29,840 nucleotides of DNA. Source: a virus (lineage: Duplodnaviria > Caudoviricetes). Position 1 is the first letter of the stretch, and each line of letters starts with the position of its first letter. The notes below the pieces were generated by a model, which did no database searches, had not been told where the DNA came from, and saw only the letters and a program-made list of their open reading frames with translations. Location of the stretch: IMG/VR virus record IMGVR_UViG_3300012940_000082, positions 1 to 29,840 of that record, one strand, 5' to 3'. The translations under genes and the position numbers were made by a program. This document shows positions 7,611 through 16,088 of this stretch, one piece after another.

Positions 7611-7961
7611 TCAGTCGGCCCCGCAGATGATCTCGGCGTCGCGGCGGCACATCGCCTGCCGCAGCTCCCCTCGGCTCCCGTCGGGGGCCAGCAGGTAGAG
7701 CTTGACGACGACCCCGGGGCGGGAGAGGACGCCGCGGGGGATCGCGACGTACTGGGCCCGCGGGTCGGACCCGTCGCGACGCTGCGACATCGGCCGGAGG
7801 CAGGCGGCCGAGTCCTCGGTCGTCCACTTCTCGGCGGTCCAGTCCCAGTAGAGCAGCGGCTCGACGGAGCCGTCGGGGCCGACCTGGGTCTCCTCGATGA
7901 CGGCGCCGAGGGGCGTGCCGTATACGGCGACGATCGGGTCGGGATGGTACGTGACGGGCAC
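7611..7961 (-). CDS. Hypothetical protein (116 aa)
   Basis: Start re-called to GTG 7961 after GGAGG; MPVTYHPDPIVAVYG...LLYWDWTAEKWTT. Confidence 0.65.
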   Translation of the reverse strand: MPVTYHPDPIVAVYGTPLGAVIEETQVGPDGSVEPLLYWDWTAEKWTTEDSAACLRPMSQRRDGSDPRAQYVAIPRGVLSRPGVVVKLYLLAPDGSRGELRQAMCRRDAEIICGAD

Positions 7962-8047
7962 GGCGGGGCCTCCGGGGTGGAAGGGCGGGGAGAGCAGCAG
8001 GAGGGACGAGAGGACGCTGGGCGAGGCGGACATGGGCGGCCTCGGCA

Positions 8048-8752
8048 TCAGGGGCGGCGGGAGCGGGCCGCGGCGACGATGGAGAGCTTGGCTGCGGCCC
8101 GGGCCTCCGCCTCGCCGGCCCTCGAAGCCGTCGCGAGGCGGGCCGTCGCGTCGCGGGCGCGGCCCCGTCGCACGGCGGGCCTCGTCGTCGCGTCGCGGGC
8201 GAATTCGTCCTGGTAGTCGGCGAGCGCGATGCGGAGCATGCCGATCCCGGCCAGGGTCCGCTTGCCGACCCAACGCGGCGACATCCCGACGGCCGACGCG
8301 ATCTCGGACCGCTCCTGGGACAGCCGCAGCTTCCGGCCCATCACCTCGGCCTCGCCGCGGGGCAGCGAGGCGACGGCCGCGCGCAGGTCGATGGCCACGC
8401 AGGGCTCCGGCGCCGGCCTCTTGGCCGACGCTGCGGCCTTCGCGGCGGCGAGGGCGTCCGTCGCCTGCCAGTCGAGCCGCTTGCCGAACGCGAGCCGGTG
8501 CATGGCCCGCCTCGCCGCCGTGGAGGCCAGCTCCGGCGAGGCCGACGGGTCGCGCAGCCGCATCGCGACGAGGGCCAGGGCCCCTTGCTGGTAGAGGTCG
8601 TCCTCGTCCACGACGCGATGGTCGGGCATCCGCCGGGCGACCTGGCGGGCGGCCCTCCCCAGCGTCGCCAGGTCGTCCGGCGTCAGCTCGACCGGCTCGG
8701 CCGGCGCGTACAGCGTCAGCCTCCGGGCCTTGCGCGTCGGTCCCGCCGGCAT
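8048..8752 (-). CDS. Sigma70-family RNA polymerase sigma factor-like protein (regions 2 and 4; 234 aa)
   Basis: Start re-called to ATG 8752; VDEDDLYQQGALAL (region 2.2-like) and LRAAVASLPRGEAEV...EIASAVGMSPRWV...LRIAL (region 4 HTH). Confidence 0.75.
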   Translation of the reverse strand: MPAGPTRKARRLTLYAPAEPVELTPDDLATLGRAARQVARRMPDHRVVDEDDLYQQGALALVAMRLRDPSASPELASTAARRAMHRLAFGKRLDWQATDALAAAKAAASAKRPAPEPCVAIDLRAAVASLPRGEAEVMGRKLRLSQERSEIASAVGMSPRWVGKRTLAGIGMLRIALADYQDEFARDATTRPAVRRGRARDATARLATASRAGEAEARAAAKLSIVAAARSRRP

Positions 8753-8754
8753 GG

Positions 8755-9219
8755 TCAGTCCCCGAGCCCCCACAGGCCGCGGCGGTTCGCCTTCGCGTCG
8801 GCCTCCAGGAGTTGGAGTTTCGCCTCCATCACGGGGTCGACCCGGAATTCGGTGTAGGCCCGGCCGTAGCCCAGCCGGACCAGCTCCTCGTTGACGCAGG
8901 TCCCGTCGGGCAGGAAGACCCAGGCCAGGCGGCGGCCGTAGCGGTCGGCGGGGCGGGAGACCGTGTCGGGGACGAGGCGGACGGGCCGGCCGGTCAAGAT
9001 TCGTTTGGTGTACGCGGACGCCTCGGGCCCGTACGGCTGGACGCCCTTGGTGGGATGGACGGTTTCGGGGGTGTCCACGCCGAGCAGGCGCACGGACACC
9101 CGCCTCCCGTCCTCCTCCACCACGATGGTGTCGCCGTCCACGACGCGGACGCACTCGACCTCCGGCGGGAGGGCCGGGGGGCGCAAGAGGGCCGCGACGA
9201 TCACCGCTCCGAACATCAT
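8755..9219 (-). CDS. Thermonuclease (SNase-like) family protein (154 aa)
   Basis: VRVVDGDTI, VRLLGVDTPE, PYGPEAS, DRYGRRLAWV, VNEELVRLG, RRGLWG; short hydrophobic N-terminus; ATGA-coupled start at 9219. Confidence 0.92.
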   Translation of the reverse strand: MMFGAVIVAALLRPPALPPEVECVRVVDGDTIVVEEDGRRVSVRLLGVDTPETVHPTKGVQPYGPEASAYTKRILTGRPVRLVPDTVSRPADRYGRRLAWVFLPDGTCVNEELVRLGYGRAYTEFRVDPVMEAKLQLLEADAKANRRGLWGLGD

Positions 9220-9545
9220 CCGCACCAACTCACCTCCCGCAAACAAACCATGCAGTCCCGCAGCGTGGCGTCCCGCCCCAGAGCGTAGCACCGATGGCTG
9301 CCCGAGCAACCGCACGCCGGCGGCCCGGCGTAGAGGCAGGCCAGCTTGCCCATCCGCATCGCCTTGCGGGTGCCGGAGAGGTCGGCGACGGGGCGGGGCG
9401 GCGGGAGCGGCCCGGCGGCAAGTCGCTCGACGAGCCTCCGGTACGCCTCGCGTTGGAGCTCGTCGGGGTTGGCCTCGCTCGTCAACCAGCGATAACGGTC
9501 GTGGCCGGTCGTCGCCACGACCCGGTCAAGTTGATCGCCAGTCAT
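9216..9545 (-). CDS. Cys-rich hypothetical protein (109 aa)
   Basis: ATGA-coupled at 9545; C-terminal C...CGC...C...CxxC...C (7 Cys). Confidence 0.75.
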   Translation of the reverse strand: MTGDQLDRVVATTGHDRYRWLTSEANPDELQREAYRRLVERLAAGPLPPPRPVADLSGTRKAMRMGKLACLYAGPPACGCSGSHRCYALGRDATLRDCMVCLREVSWCG

Positions 9546-10327
9546 TCGGTCAGGCTCCATGTCCCCGAGGCCGGCATGAAGCAGGAGCCCGGCGAGAAGA
9601 ACGTGAACGGGCCCGAGGCCGCCAGGGACGGCGGGCAGGCGTACGACGTCGGACTAGAGTTGAACGCGGAGACCTGTTCGGACGCCGCTGTATATCCGTC
9701 CGGCTTGGGGCACCCGTTGGGGATTCCCCACGAGCTACGGAACGTCGCGGCGAACTGGAAGTACGCGATCGTCAGGGCGCCGCCTCGGAAGAAGAACGAG
9801 ACGGTGGAGGCGTAGGGCGGGTTGAACGCCCCGGACCCCGGATAGCTCGGCGTGTCGCAGCCCGCGCCGCAGCCGCTCGTGTAAGTCCTGGCGAGCGAGC
9901 CGGCCCAGGCCGCCCCGCCCGGCGCGGAGGGGTTGTACGTCAGGACGGCGGTCCCGAACGACGTGGTGAGATACAATGTGGCCGAGGCCGGCGTGGCGCA
10001 CGCCGTGCCCTGGGGGATGCAGGCGTACCCCGCAGCCACCGTCAGGTTCACGTTAAGCTGCGTCGTCGAGGGGCACGTCGTGGCGTTGAACGTCCGCGTG
10101 TGCGTGACGAATCGCGGATGGGTCACCTCGGCGTAGTAGGACCCGTTCCCGGGGACGAGGACGGTCGCCTGGCCCGACGAGTTCGTCGTCGCGGCGCCGT
10201 AGGAGACCGTCTTGGACGAGGAGTTCCAGACCTGGAGCGTCGCCCCGGGCAGGAGCTGGCTCCGGCACCCCACGACCACCGCCGTTACCGGGCAGGTGCC
10301 CCCGCAGCAGCATCGACGCCGGCTCAT
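9542..10327 (-). CDS. Cys-rich tail-associated protein with prealbumin/carboxypeptidase-regulatory-like domain (261 aa)
   Basis: Start re-called to ATG 10327 (ATGA); MSRRRCCCGGTC, LPGATLQV...ATTNSSGQA...GSYYAEVTHPRF pattern; 13 Cys. Confidence 0.7.
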   Translation of the reverse strand: MSRRRCCCGGTCPVTAVVVGCRSQLLPGATLQVWNSSSKTVSYGAATTNSSGQATVLVPGNGSYYAEVTHPRFVTHTRTFNATTCPSTTQLNVNLTVAAGYACIPQGTACATPASATLYLTTSFGTAVLTYNPSAPGGAAWAGSLARTYTSGCGAGCDTPSYPGSGAFNPPYASTVSFFFRGGALTIAYFQFAATFRSSWGIPNGCPKPDGYTAASEQVSAFNSSPTSYACPPSLAASGPFTFFSPGSCFMPASGTWSLTE

Positions 10328-10701
10328 TCGCACTCCTCCGGCTCGACCCATCGCACGCCGAACTTGTCGACCCAGCTCATGACGTGCTTCCCGCTCGAGA
10401 TCGCGGCCCCCGCGTTCTTCGCCGCGAACGTCGCTCCGGTCGCCGTCAGCGTGCCGGTCGTCGCGTCGTAGGCTTCGATGGTGCCGCTTCCGGGGGTAGT
10501 CCCCGACCTCGCCGTGATCGCCGTGGTCGCCTTGCCGACGATCAGGGAGGAAGAGCCGCCGTCGCGGGGGGCGCCCATGCCGCTCGCCATCTTGTCGAGC
10601 ATCTGCGACATGCGGGCGAGCTCGGACTCCATCTCGCGACGGGCCCGCCGCTCGTCCTCGAGCCGCCGCTCGATCTCGTCGAAGAACCAGGCGGTGCTCA
10701 A
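10324..10701 (-). CDS. Tail-tip protein, N-terminal coiled coil plus beta domain (125 aa)
   Basis: TTG start overlapping upstream TGA; ends WVEPEECE. Confidence 0.7.
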   Translation of the reverse strand: MSTAWFFDEIERRLEDERRARREMESELARMSQMLDKMASGMGAPRDGGSSSLIVGKATTAITARSGTTPGSGTIEAYDATTGTLTATGATFAAKNAGAAISSGKHVMSWVDKFGVRWVEPEECE

Positions 10702-13196
10702 GGCGCGTCCCTCCAGTCCTGCCCGCCGTCGGCGGCGTCGCGGGCCTTCTTCTCGGCGTTGCGACGGTCGATCTCGGCGCGTTGCCGGGCCGCCGCGTCC
10801 TCACGAGTTCGTTGGGCTTGGGTCGCCTCGGAACTCTTCCTGAACTCGTTGGCCGTCGCCTTCGCCCGCCCGCCTTCTCTGACCCGGGCGGCCTCCTGGT
10901 TGCGGGCCTCCGCCTTCCTCTTGCCCTCGGCCTTGACCGCCTCGCCCTGCTTGGCCCTGGCGGCGGCGTTGGCCTCGCCCTGCCGCTTCACCGCGTCGGC
11001 GTTCCCGGGATTGCGGGGCTGCACCGGACCGACTCGGTCGACGGGCGAACGGCCGGCCGGCTTGTAGGGCCGCTCCCCGGCCGGCGTGTCATCGCGGGGC
11101 GACCGCGGGTCTCTCGCCGAGGTCGGGGCCGTCATGCCCGTCGTTGGGGCGAAGTCGTTCTGTAGCAGCGAGTCGAGGCCAGAGACCGCTTGGTCCACCG
11201 CTCGCGAAAGGCCCCCTGAATCGAATCCGGAGCCTCCGTAATCCATTGCCCCGTAGGGCGACATCCCGCCCCCCATCATGCCGAAGTCGACGAGTCCGAG
11301 CGTCCCGTCCTCCGGGCGCCGCTCGGGCTGCATGTAGGCGGCCAGGCTGTAGCTCGCGCGGCGATTCGACACCGAGAGCGTCGTCGTGTGGTGCGAGGCG
11401 GCCCCGCTGTTCCAGGTCACGTCGATCTCGGTGACGGGGACGTTCGCGCCCTCCCATCCGGTGTCGTAGCCGACCGCCTCGATCGACACGCCGACGCCGA
11501 AGTCGAAGGCGGCCTCGTAGAGCTCCTGGATCGTCACCGAGCCCTCCACGATCGCGTCCTTGACGCTGTCGAGGAGGTCCTGGGCGTACGCCTCGACGTT
11601 GACCTGGTTCGCCGGGTCGCGCCAGGAGTCCGCTGTGACGACCAGGGTGTTCTCCAGCCCCTCCACGTCGTGGCTCGTCCCGGCGTACCCGGTCGCGGGC
11701 TTCGTCGCGGTCAACGGCGTCTCGTAGACCGGCAGGAGGGCCCGGACGTCGGCCGGCGGCCCGCCCGCCAGGTTGTACGTCGGGGCGTAGAACAGGACCG
11801 TCCCGTCCACGGGGTTGATGCTGACGATGGGGTTGGGCGTCTCGTTGTAGGGCGGGTTCCCCGTGGTGCTCCAGCAGACGGACCCGACGGGGTAGCTGGT
11901 CTGGCTGGCCGCCGACCCCGTGGACGCGACGTAGATCGCCGGGGAGGTGAACTGCCGGCCGAGCGCGGCTGCGGCGGTCGGGTCGGCCACCTTGTACTTC
12001 CGCCAGACCAGCGACGCCCCGGAGCTGATCCCGTAGAGGACGTAGCGGTTGTAGTTGGTCGCCGGGAGCGGCCGCTCCAGCGTGAACGTCGATGTGCCGC
12101 CGCTTGACTTGGCGGTATTGGCGACGACCGGTGTCGAGAACCCCTGGTTGATCCCCGACCCTGCCGAGTACCAGGCGTAGAGGACGCCCCGACGGTTGGC
12201 CGGCCCCCACTCGTCGGTCCCCCAAGTGTCGGTCGTCGGGGTGCTCGTCAGCACGACGTGCGTCAGGTCGGTGACGCTCATCGTGCCCTGGGACCGGGCC
12301 GCCTGGTCCTGCAGGAAGTCCGCGGGTTCCCAGTCGGCCTTAGCCCCGGCGTTGTCGAACGAGCCCCACGCGAACTGCTCCACGAGCCCGCCGAGGGCCG
12401 TCGTGTAGAGCCGGGGCACGGCGATGCTCTGCCCGCGGACGAGGACCCGCTGGAAGCATTCCGACACGGACCGCGACAGGCCGGACGGCATCACCCGGGA
12501 GTCGCAGTCGCCGAGCGTCAGCACCAGCTCGGACACGTTGCGGACGTCCAGGAAGCGGATCGTCCCGTCGGCCGCGATCCGCGGGGCGTGATTCGGGGCC
12601 CACGCCTGAACCAGCGAGACGATCGCGGTCCACAGGCGTTCTCCGCCGGCCCGCACCCGCTCGGGCGGGACGACCGTCATGGCATCGAGGTCGGCGACCG
12701 TCTCGGCCGGGAGCGTCGGCGGCGACAGCGACGTGTAGTTGCCGATGCCGGCCGCGTCCAGCGCGTCGGCGTTCTCCTGCATCGTCAGGATGTCTTTGAG
12801 GATCTGGCCGACGGACCGCCCGGCCCGGGTCGGCAGGTAGAAGATGTTCTCCGGGTCGACGTTCCACGTCGCGAAGTCCATCTTCGTGTTGGAGTCGGTG
12901 AACGGGATCTTGTCGGCGCGAGAGGTAATGTCGAGGCACTGATAGACCCGCGTCCAGCCGAGCTCGGTGAAGTCGACGGGCCGTTCGCCGATGTCGCCGG
13001 CGAACCGCACCACGCCGTTGATCTTCAGCACGACCGGCTTGCCGAGGTAGGGGTCGACGACGTCCAGGGCCCCGCCCCGGCGGACCAGCGTCAGGGCGGA
13101 CAGGCCTCGCAGCCCCTGTCTCATCCGGGCCGGCCAGAGGTTGGCGGCCGGCATGCTGATCGGGACGCCGTCGATTTCGAGCGTCGTCGTCGCCAA
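10698..13196 (-). CDS. Large tail-tip / baseplate hub-like protein (832 aa)
   Basis: Directly after tape measure; hub-like segments (VVRFAGDI, YQCLD, IAADGTIRF, FQRVLVRG, VTEIDVTW); TTG start. Confidence 0.7.
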   Translation of the reverse strand: MATTTLEIDGVPISMPAANLWPARMRQGLRGLSALTLVRRGGALDVVDPYLGKPVVLKINGVVRFAGDIGERPVDFTELGWTRVYQCLDITSRADKIPFTDSNTKMDFATWNVDPENIFYLPTRAGRSVGQILKDILTMQENADALDAAGIGNYTSLSPPTLPAETVADLDAMTVVPPERVRAGGERLWTAIVSLVQAWAPNHAPRIAADGTIRFLDVRNVSELVLTLGDCDSRVMPSGLSRSVSECFQRVLVRGQSIAVPRLYTTALGGLVEQFAWGSFDNAGAKADWEPADFLQDQAARSQGTMSVTDLTHVVLTSTPTTDTWGTDEWGPANRRGVLYAWYSAGSGINQGFSTPVVANTAKSSGGTSTFTLERPLPATNYNRYVLYGISSGASLVWRKYKVADPTAAAALGRQFTSPAIYVASTGSAASQTSYPVGSVCWSTTGNPPYNETPNPIVSINPVDGTVLFYAPTYNLAGGPPADVRALLPVYETPLTATKPATGYAGTSHDVEGLENTLVVTADSWRDPANQVNVEAYAQDLLDSVKDAIVEGSVTIQELYEAAFDFGVGVSIEAVGYDTGWEGANVPVTEIDVTWNSGAASHHTTTLSVSNRRASYSLAAYMQPERRPEDGTLGLVDFGMMGGGMSPYGAMDYGGSGFDSGGLSRAVDQAVSGLDSLLQNDFAPTTGMTAPTSARDPRSPRDDTPAGERPYKPAGRSPVDRVGPVQPRNPGNADAVKRQGEANAAARAKQGEAVKAEGKRKAEARNQEAARVREGGRAKATANEFRKSSEATQAQRTREDAAARQRAEIDRRNAEKKARDAADGGQDWRDAP

Positions 13197-13199
13197 GTC

Positions 13200-15152
13200 T
13201 CACCGCCCCCTATTGAGCCGGGTCCGCGTCGTCCGCGCCTGCTGCTGGATGTTGCCGAACATGATCTGCTGCGACTGGATGACGCCGCTCATCTGCGCGT
13301 TGGCCTGGACGACTTCCTGGAGGGCCAGGATCGCCGCGCGGTCCTTGTCGACCTGGCCTTGCATCATCCGGAAGATCGACTGGGCCGCCCCCGCGATCTG
13401 GTCGGAGTTGAGGTTGTAGCCCTGCATGCCGGCGAAGCTCGCGAACTCGGATTCGAGCTGCGTCTTGAAGGCGTTGTCGCGGAGCTGCTGCCGCTTGTCC
13501 ATGAACTCGCGGAGGGCCTGGATCGTCGAATCGCGGGCCGACAGGCCGGCGTCGTTGTTCCGGAGCATCTGCTCCGAGATGCCGAGCTCCTCCTTGTTCG
13601 TCAGGTCCAGGCCGCCGAGCCCCGCCTGCCGGGCCTCCCGCGACTTCATGAAGTTGTCGAGATAGTCCAGGGCCTGGGACTGCCGAAGCTCCTCCGGCGT
13701 CGACTGCTCGGCCTGGCGGATCTCCTCCTCCTGGCGGGCCCGGCGGCCGGCCCGCTGCTTGTCGGCGGCCTCCTGTTGGTCCTGGAAGTCCTTGAACCGG
13801 GCGTTCCACTCGTTCTGCTGCTTCTGGAAGAACGCGTCGGCGTCGGCTTCCCGCTTCTGGTCGATCTTGGCGAACTCGCGGCCGAAGTTCGGGGCCATCT
13901 TCTCGAGGCGGCTGATGGAGTCCCGGCTGCCCCTGAGGGCGTCGGCGACGATCGCGACCGCTTCCTGATAAGTCCCGCCGATGTTCCCTTGCAGGTTCAT
14001 CGCGACGGCCTCGCCGCCGCCGGCTTTGCCGATCGCCGACTTGACGTCGTCGATCAACTGCCTGCGTTCCGGCCCGACGTCGCGGCCGATCCCTTCGACG
14101 GACCTCCGCTCGGCCGCCTGGTTCTGGGCCTGGGACTGGAGATTCCGGAGGCTCCCGAGCCGTTCCTGCTCCGGGAAGCTCAGCGCGTCCGTGAGCGACT
14201 TCTCCTGGAGGTCGGAGATCTCCTTGTTGATCCTGGCGAGCGTCCCATCGACACCTTCGAGGTCGCCCCGAAGCTTCGGGAGGGCCGCCTCCGACGCCTT
14301 CGACCAGAGGTTGACCAGCGACTCCCAATTGTCGACCAGGAGCCCAACGCCGACCGTGACGATGCCGACGGCCCCGGCCAGGCTCGCGGCGCTGGCCGCG
14401 CTCATCCCGCCGGCCGCGAGTTGCTGGACGATGATCGGGACGTTGTTCTGGACCGCTCGGAGCCCGCCGGCCAGGCCCTGCGTGCCGAGGACGCTCGTGA
14501 AGTCCTGAATCGCGTAGGAGGTCGAAAGGACGGACGACCCGAAACGGGACGCCTCCTTGCCCGCCTCGGCCATCGCGTCGGCCGAGCCCTTGACGACGCC
14601 GATCTTCCGCTGATAGACCGGCTGGATATCGATCAGGACTTCGCGGAGGGCGGCCTGCGCCCGCGTCTGCTCGACCGCACGGGCCACCGACTTGTCGTTG
14701 GCGGCCTGGACCTCCTGCATCTTGGCGTAGTTCGAACCGACGCCCGCGAGAACCTGGTAGCTCTCGGCGACGTCGCGGTTCGAGCTCGCGAGCGACTTGT
14801 TCCGGGCCTCGACCTTCCGGCCGACGTTCTCCAGCACCTCGTAGGTGTCGGCGACGATCTTCGGGGCGTCCTTGCCGAAGACCGTCTCGACGTCGTCGAC
14901 CTTCCGCAGGACGGCGTCCAGCCGCTCGAGCGACGCGGCGAAAGCGGTCGTCTTCGCCGTGGCGTCGTCGGTGATCGGGACGAGGCCGACGAGCCCCTTG
15001 TCTATGTTGGCCAGCGCCTCGATCAGAGGGGAGGCCGTCTGGTCTACTCCTTGTGCCGCATCCCGGATCTCCGATAGATTCGATGCAAGCTGTTTGGCCT
15101 TCTGGGCGGAGTCGCCCAGGTCGAGGTCCAACGGGATGCGGTTGTCAGCCAT
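13200..15152 (-). CDS. Probable tape measure protein (650 aa)
   Basis: Long Ala/Gln/Glu-rich helical protein with central hydrophobic segment (AAASLAGAVGIVTVGVGLLVDNWESL); located between tail tube and hub. Confidence 0.75.
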   Translation of the reverse strand: MADNRIPLDLDLGDSAQKAKQLASNLSEIRDAAQGVDQTASPLIEALANIDKGLVGLVPITDDATAKTTAFAASLERLDAVLRKVDDVETVFGKDAPKIVADTYEVLENVGRKVEARNKSLASSNRDVAESYQVLAGVGSNYAKMQEVQAANDKSVARAVEQTRAQAALREVLIDIQPVYQRKIGVVKGSADAMAEAGKEASRFGSSVLSTSYAIQDFTSVLGTQGLAGGLRAVQNNVPIIVQQLAAGGMSAASAASLAGAVGIVTVGVGLLVDNWESLVNLWSKASEAALPKLRGDLEGVDGTLARINKEISDLQEKSLTDALSFPEQERLGSLRNLQSQAQNQAAERRSVEGIGRDVGPERRQLIDDVKSAIGKAGGGEAVAMNLQGNIGGTYQEAVAIVADALRGSRDSISRLEKMAPNFGREFAKIDQKREADADAFFQKQQNEWNARFKDFQDQQEAADKQRAGRRARQEEEIRQAEQSTPEELRQSQALDYLDNFMKSREARQAGLGGLDLTNKEELGISEQMLRNNDAGLSARDSTIQALREFMDKRQQLRDNAFKTQLESEFASFAGMQGYNLNSDQIAGAAQSIFRMMQGQVDKDRAAILALQEVVQANAQMSGVIQSQQIMFGNIQQQARTTRTRLNRGR

Positions 15153-15166
15153 GGGGAGACGCCTCG

Positions 15167-15613
15167 ATGCGCGACGCGGGACAGTGGCTCGCCCTGATCG
15201 CGGCCATACTCTTCTTCTTCGCCTTCGCCGGCGCGTACATCGCCCAGGCCAAGGGACGCCCCGCGTTCGAGGGCGTCGTCTTCGGCTTCCTGCTCGGGCC
15301 CATCGGCCTGCTGATGACGGTCCTGATGCCGACGATCAAGCCGGCCGCCGGCGCCGGCCCGTCGCCTCAGCCGAACGGGTCGAAGGCCCTCGCCGCGAAG
15401 CCCAAGGAGGACGAGCGTCCCCGTTCGATGCGGCGGATCGGCGGGCCCGGCGACGACAAGGCCATGGACTTCGTGATGGAGATGATCAGGCAGACCGAGC
15501 CACAACCCGAACCTGATCCGACATCCAGGCAATTGCCGCGCGTCGTGCCTTCTCGCGGCCTTCGGGCCGAACCCCGCGAAGGTCGCGGACCGGAAGGCGA
15601 CCCGCGCCCCTGA
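15167..15613 (+). CDS. Antisense-oriented membrane protein (148 aa), moron-like
   Basis: Start re-called to ATG 15167; two hydrophobic helices around IAQAKGR...GFLLGPIGLL; fills the 333-bp gap in the minus-strand operon. Confidence 0.8.
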   Translation: MRDAGQWLALIAAILFFFAFAGAYIAQAKGRPAFEGVVFGFLLGPIGLLMTVLMPTIKPAAGAGPSPQPNGSKALAAKPKEDERPRSMRRIGGPGDDKAMDFVMEMIRQTEPQPEPDPTSRQLPRVVPSRGLRAEPREGRGPEGDPRP

Positions 15614-16088
15614 AGTGGGCCGACAGGAACGGCCGGCCGTTGACGGACACGACCTCGTCCCAGAAGCCGTACGCAGTCCAGAGGTCGGAGCCGGCCGAGT
15701 GTTCGTATCCGGTCCGCAGGTTCGTGATGACGCGGGAGAAGGCCCCGCGGGGGGCGAGTGGCGGGCCGCTCAACCTCCGATATTCATCCGGCCGGAGATT
15801 ATTATTCGTACCTGCCGGGTTGGGCCCGATGCCGCCGAAGACGCCCCTGCGGCCCTTGGCGTTGTTCTTCTGGCTCTTGGTGGGCTTAGCCCCCTTGCCG
15901 ACGGGCCGATACGTCACGGGACGCATGGGGTTGCCGTCCTTGTCGAGCCCAGCGAGGACGCCCCGCCTATTATCTTCGATGATCAGGCGTTGCCAGGTCA
16001 TCATCAAAGGACTTGCGTCAGGCGTGCCCAGGGCCCGGACCCGTGAGATGAGCCGGTCGAGGCCGCGCAGATCCACGATGCTGCTCAT
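15486..16088 (-). CDS. Virion morphogenesis / tail-completion-like protein (200 aa)
   Basis: Start re-called to ATG 16088 (ATGA); VDLRGLDRL..., GLDKDGNPMRP, AHFRGAGRLPVRDLRGV resemble Mu gpG-type proteins. Confidence 0.65.
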   Translation of the reverse strand: MSSIVDLRGLDRLISRVRALGTPDASPLMMTWQRLIIEDNRRGVLAGLDKDGNPMRPVTYRPVGKGAKPTKSQKNNAKGRRGVFGGIGPNPAGTNNNLRPDEYRRLSGPPLAPRGAFSRVITNLRTGYEHSAGSDLWTAYGFWDEVVSVNGRPFLSAHFRGAGRLPVRDLRGVRPEGREKARRAAIAWMSDQVRVVARSA

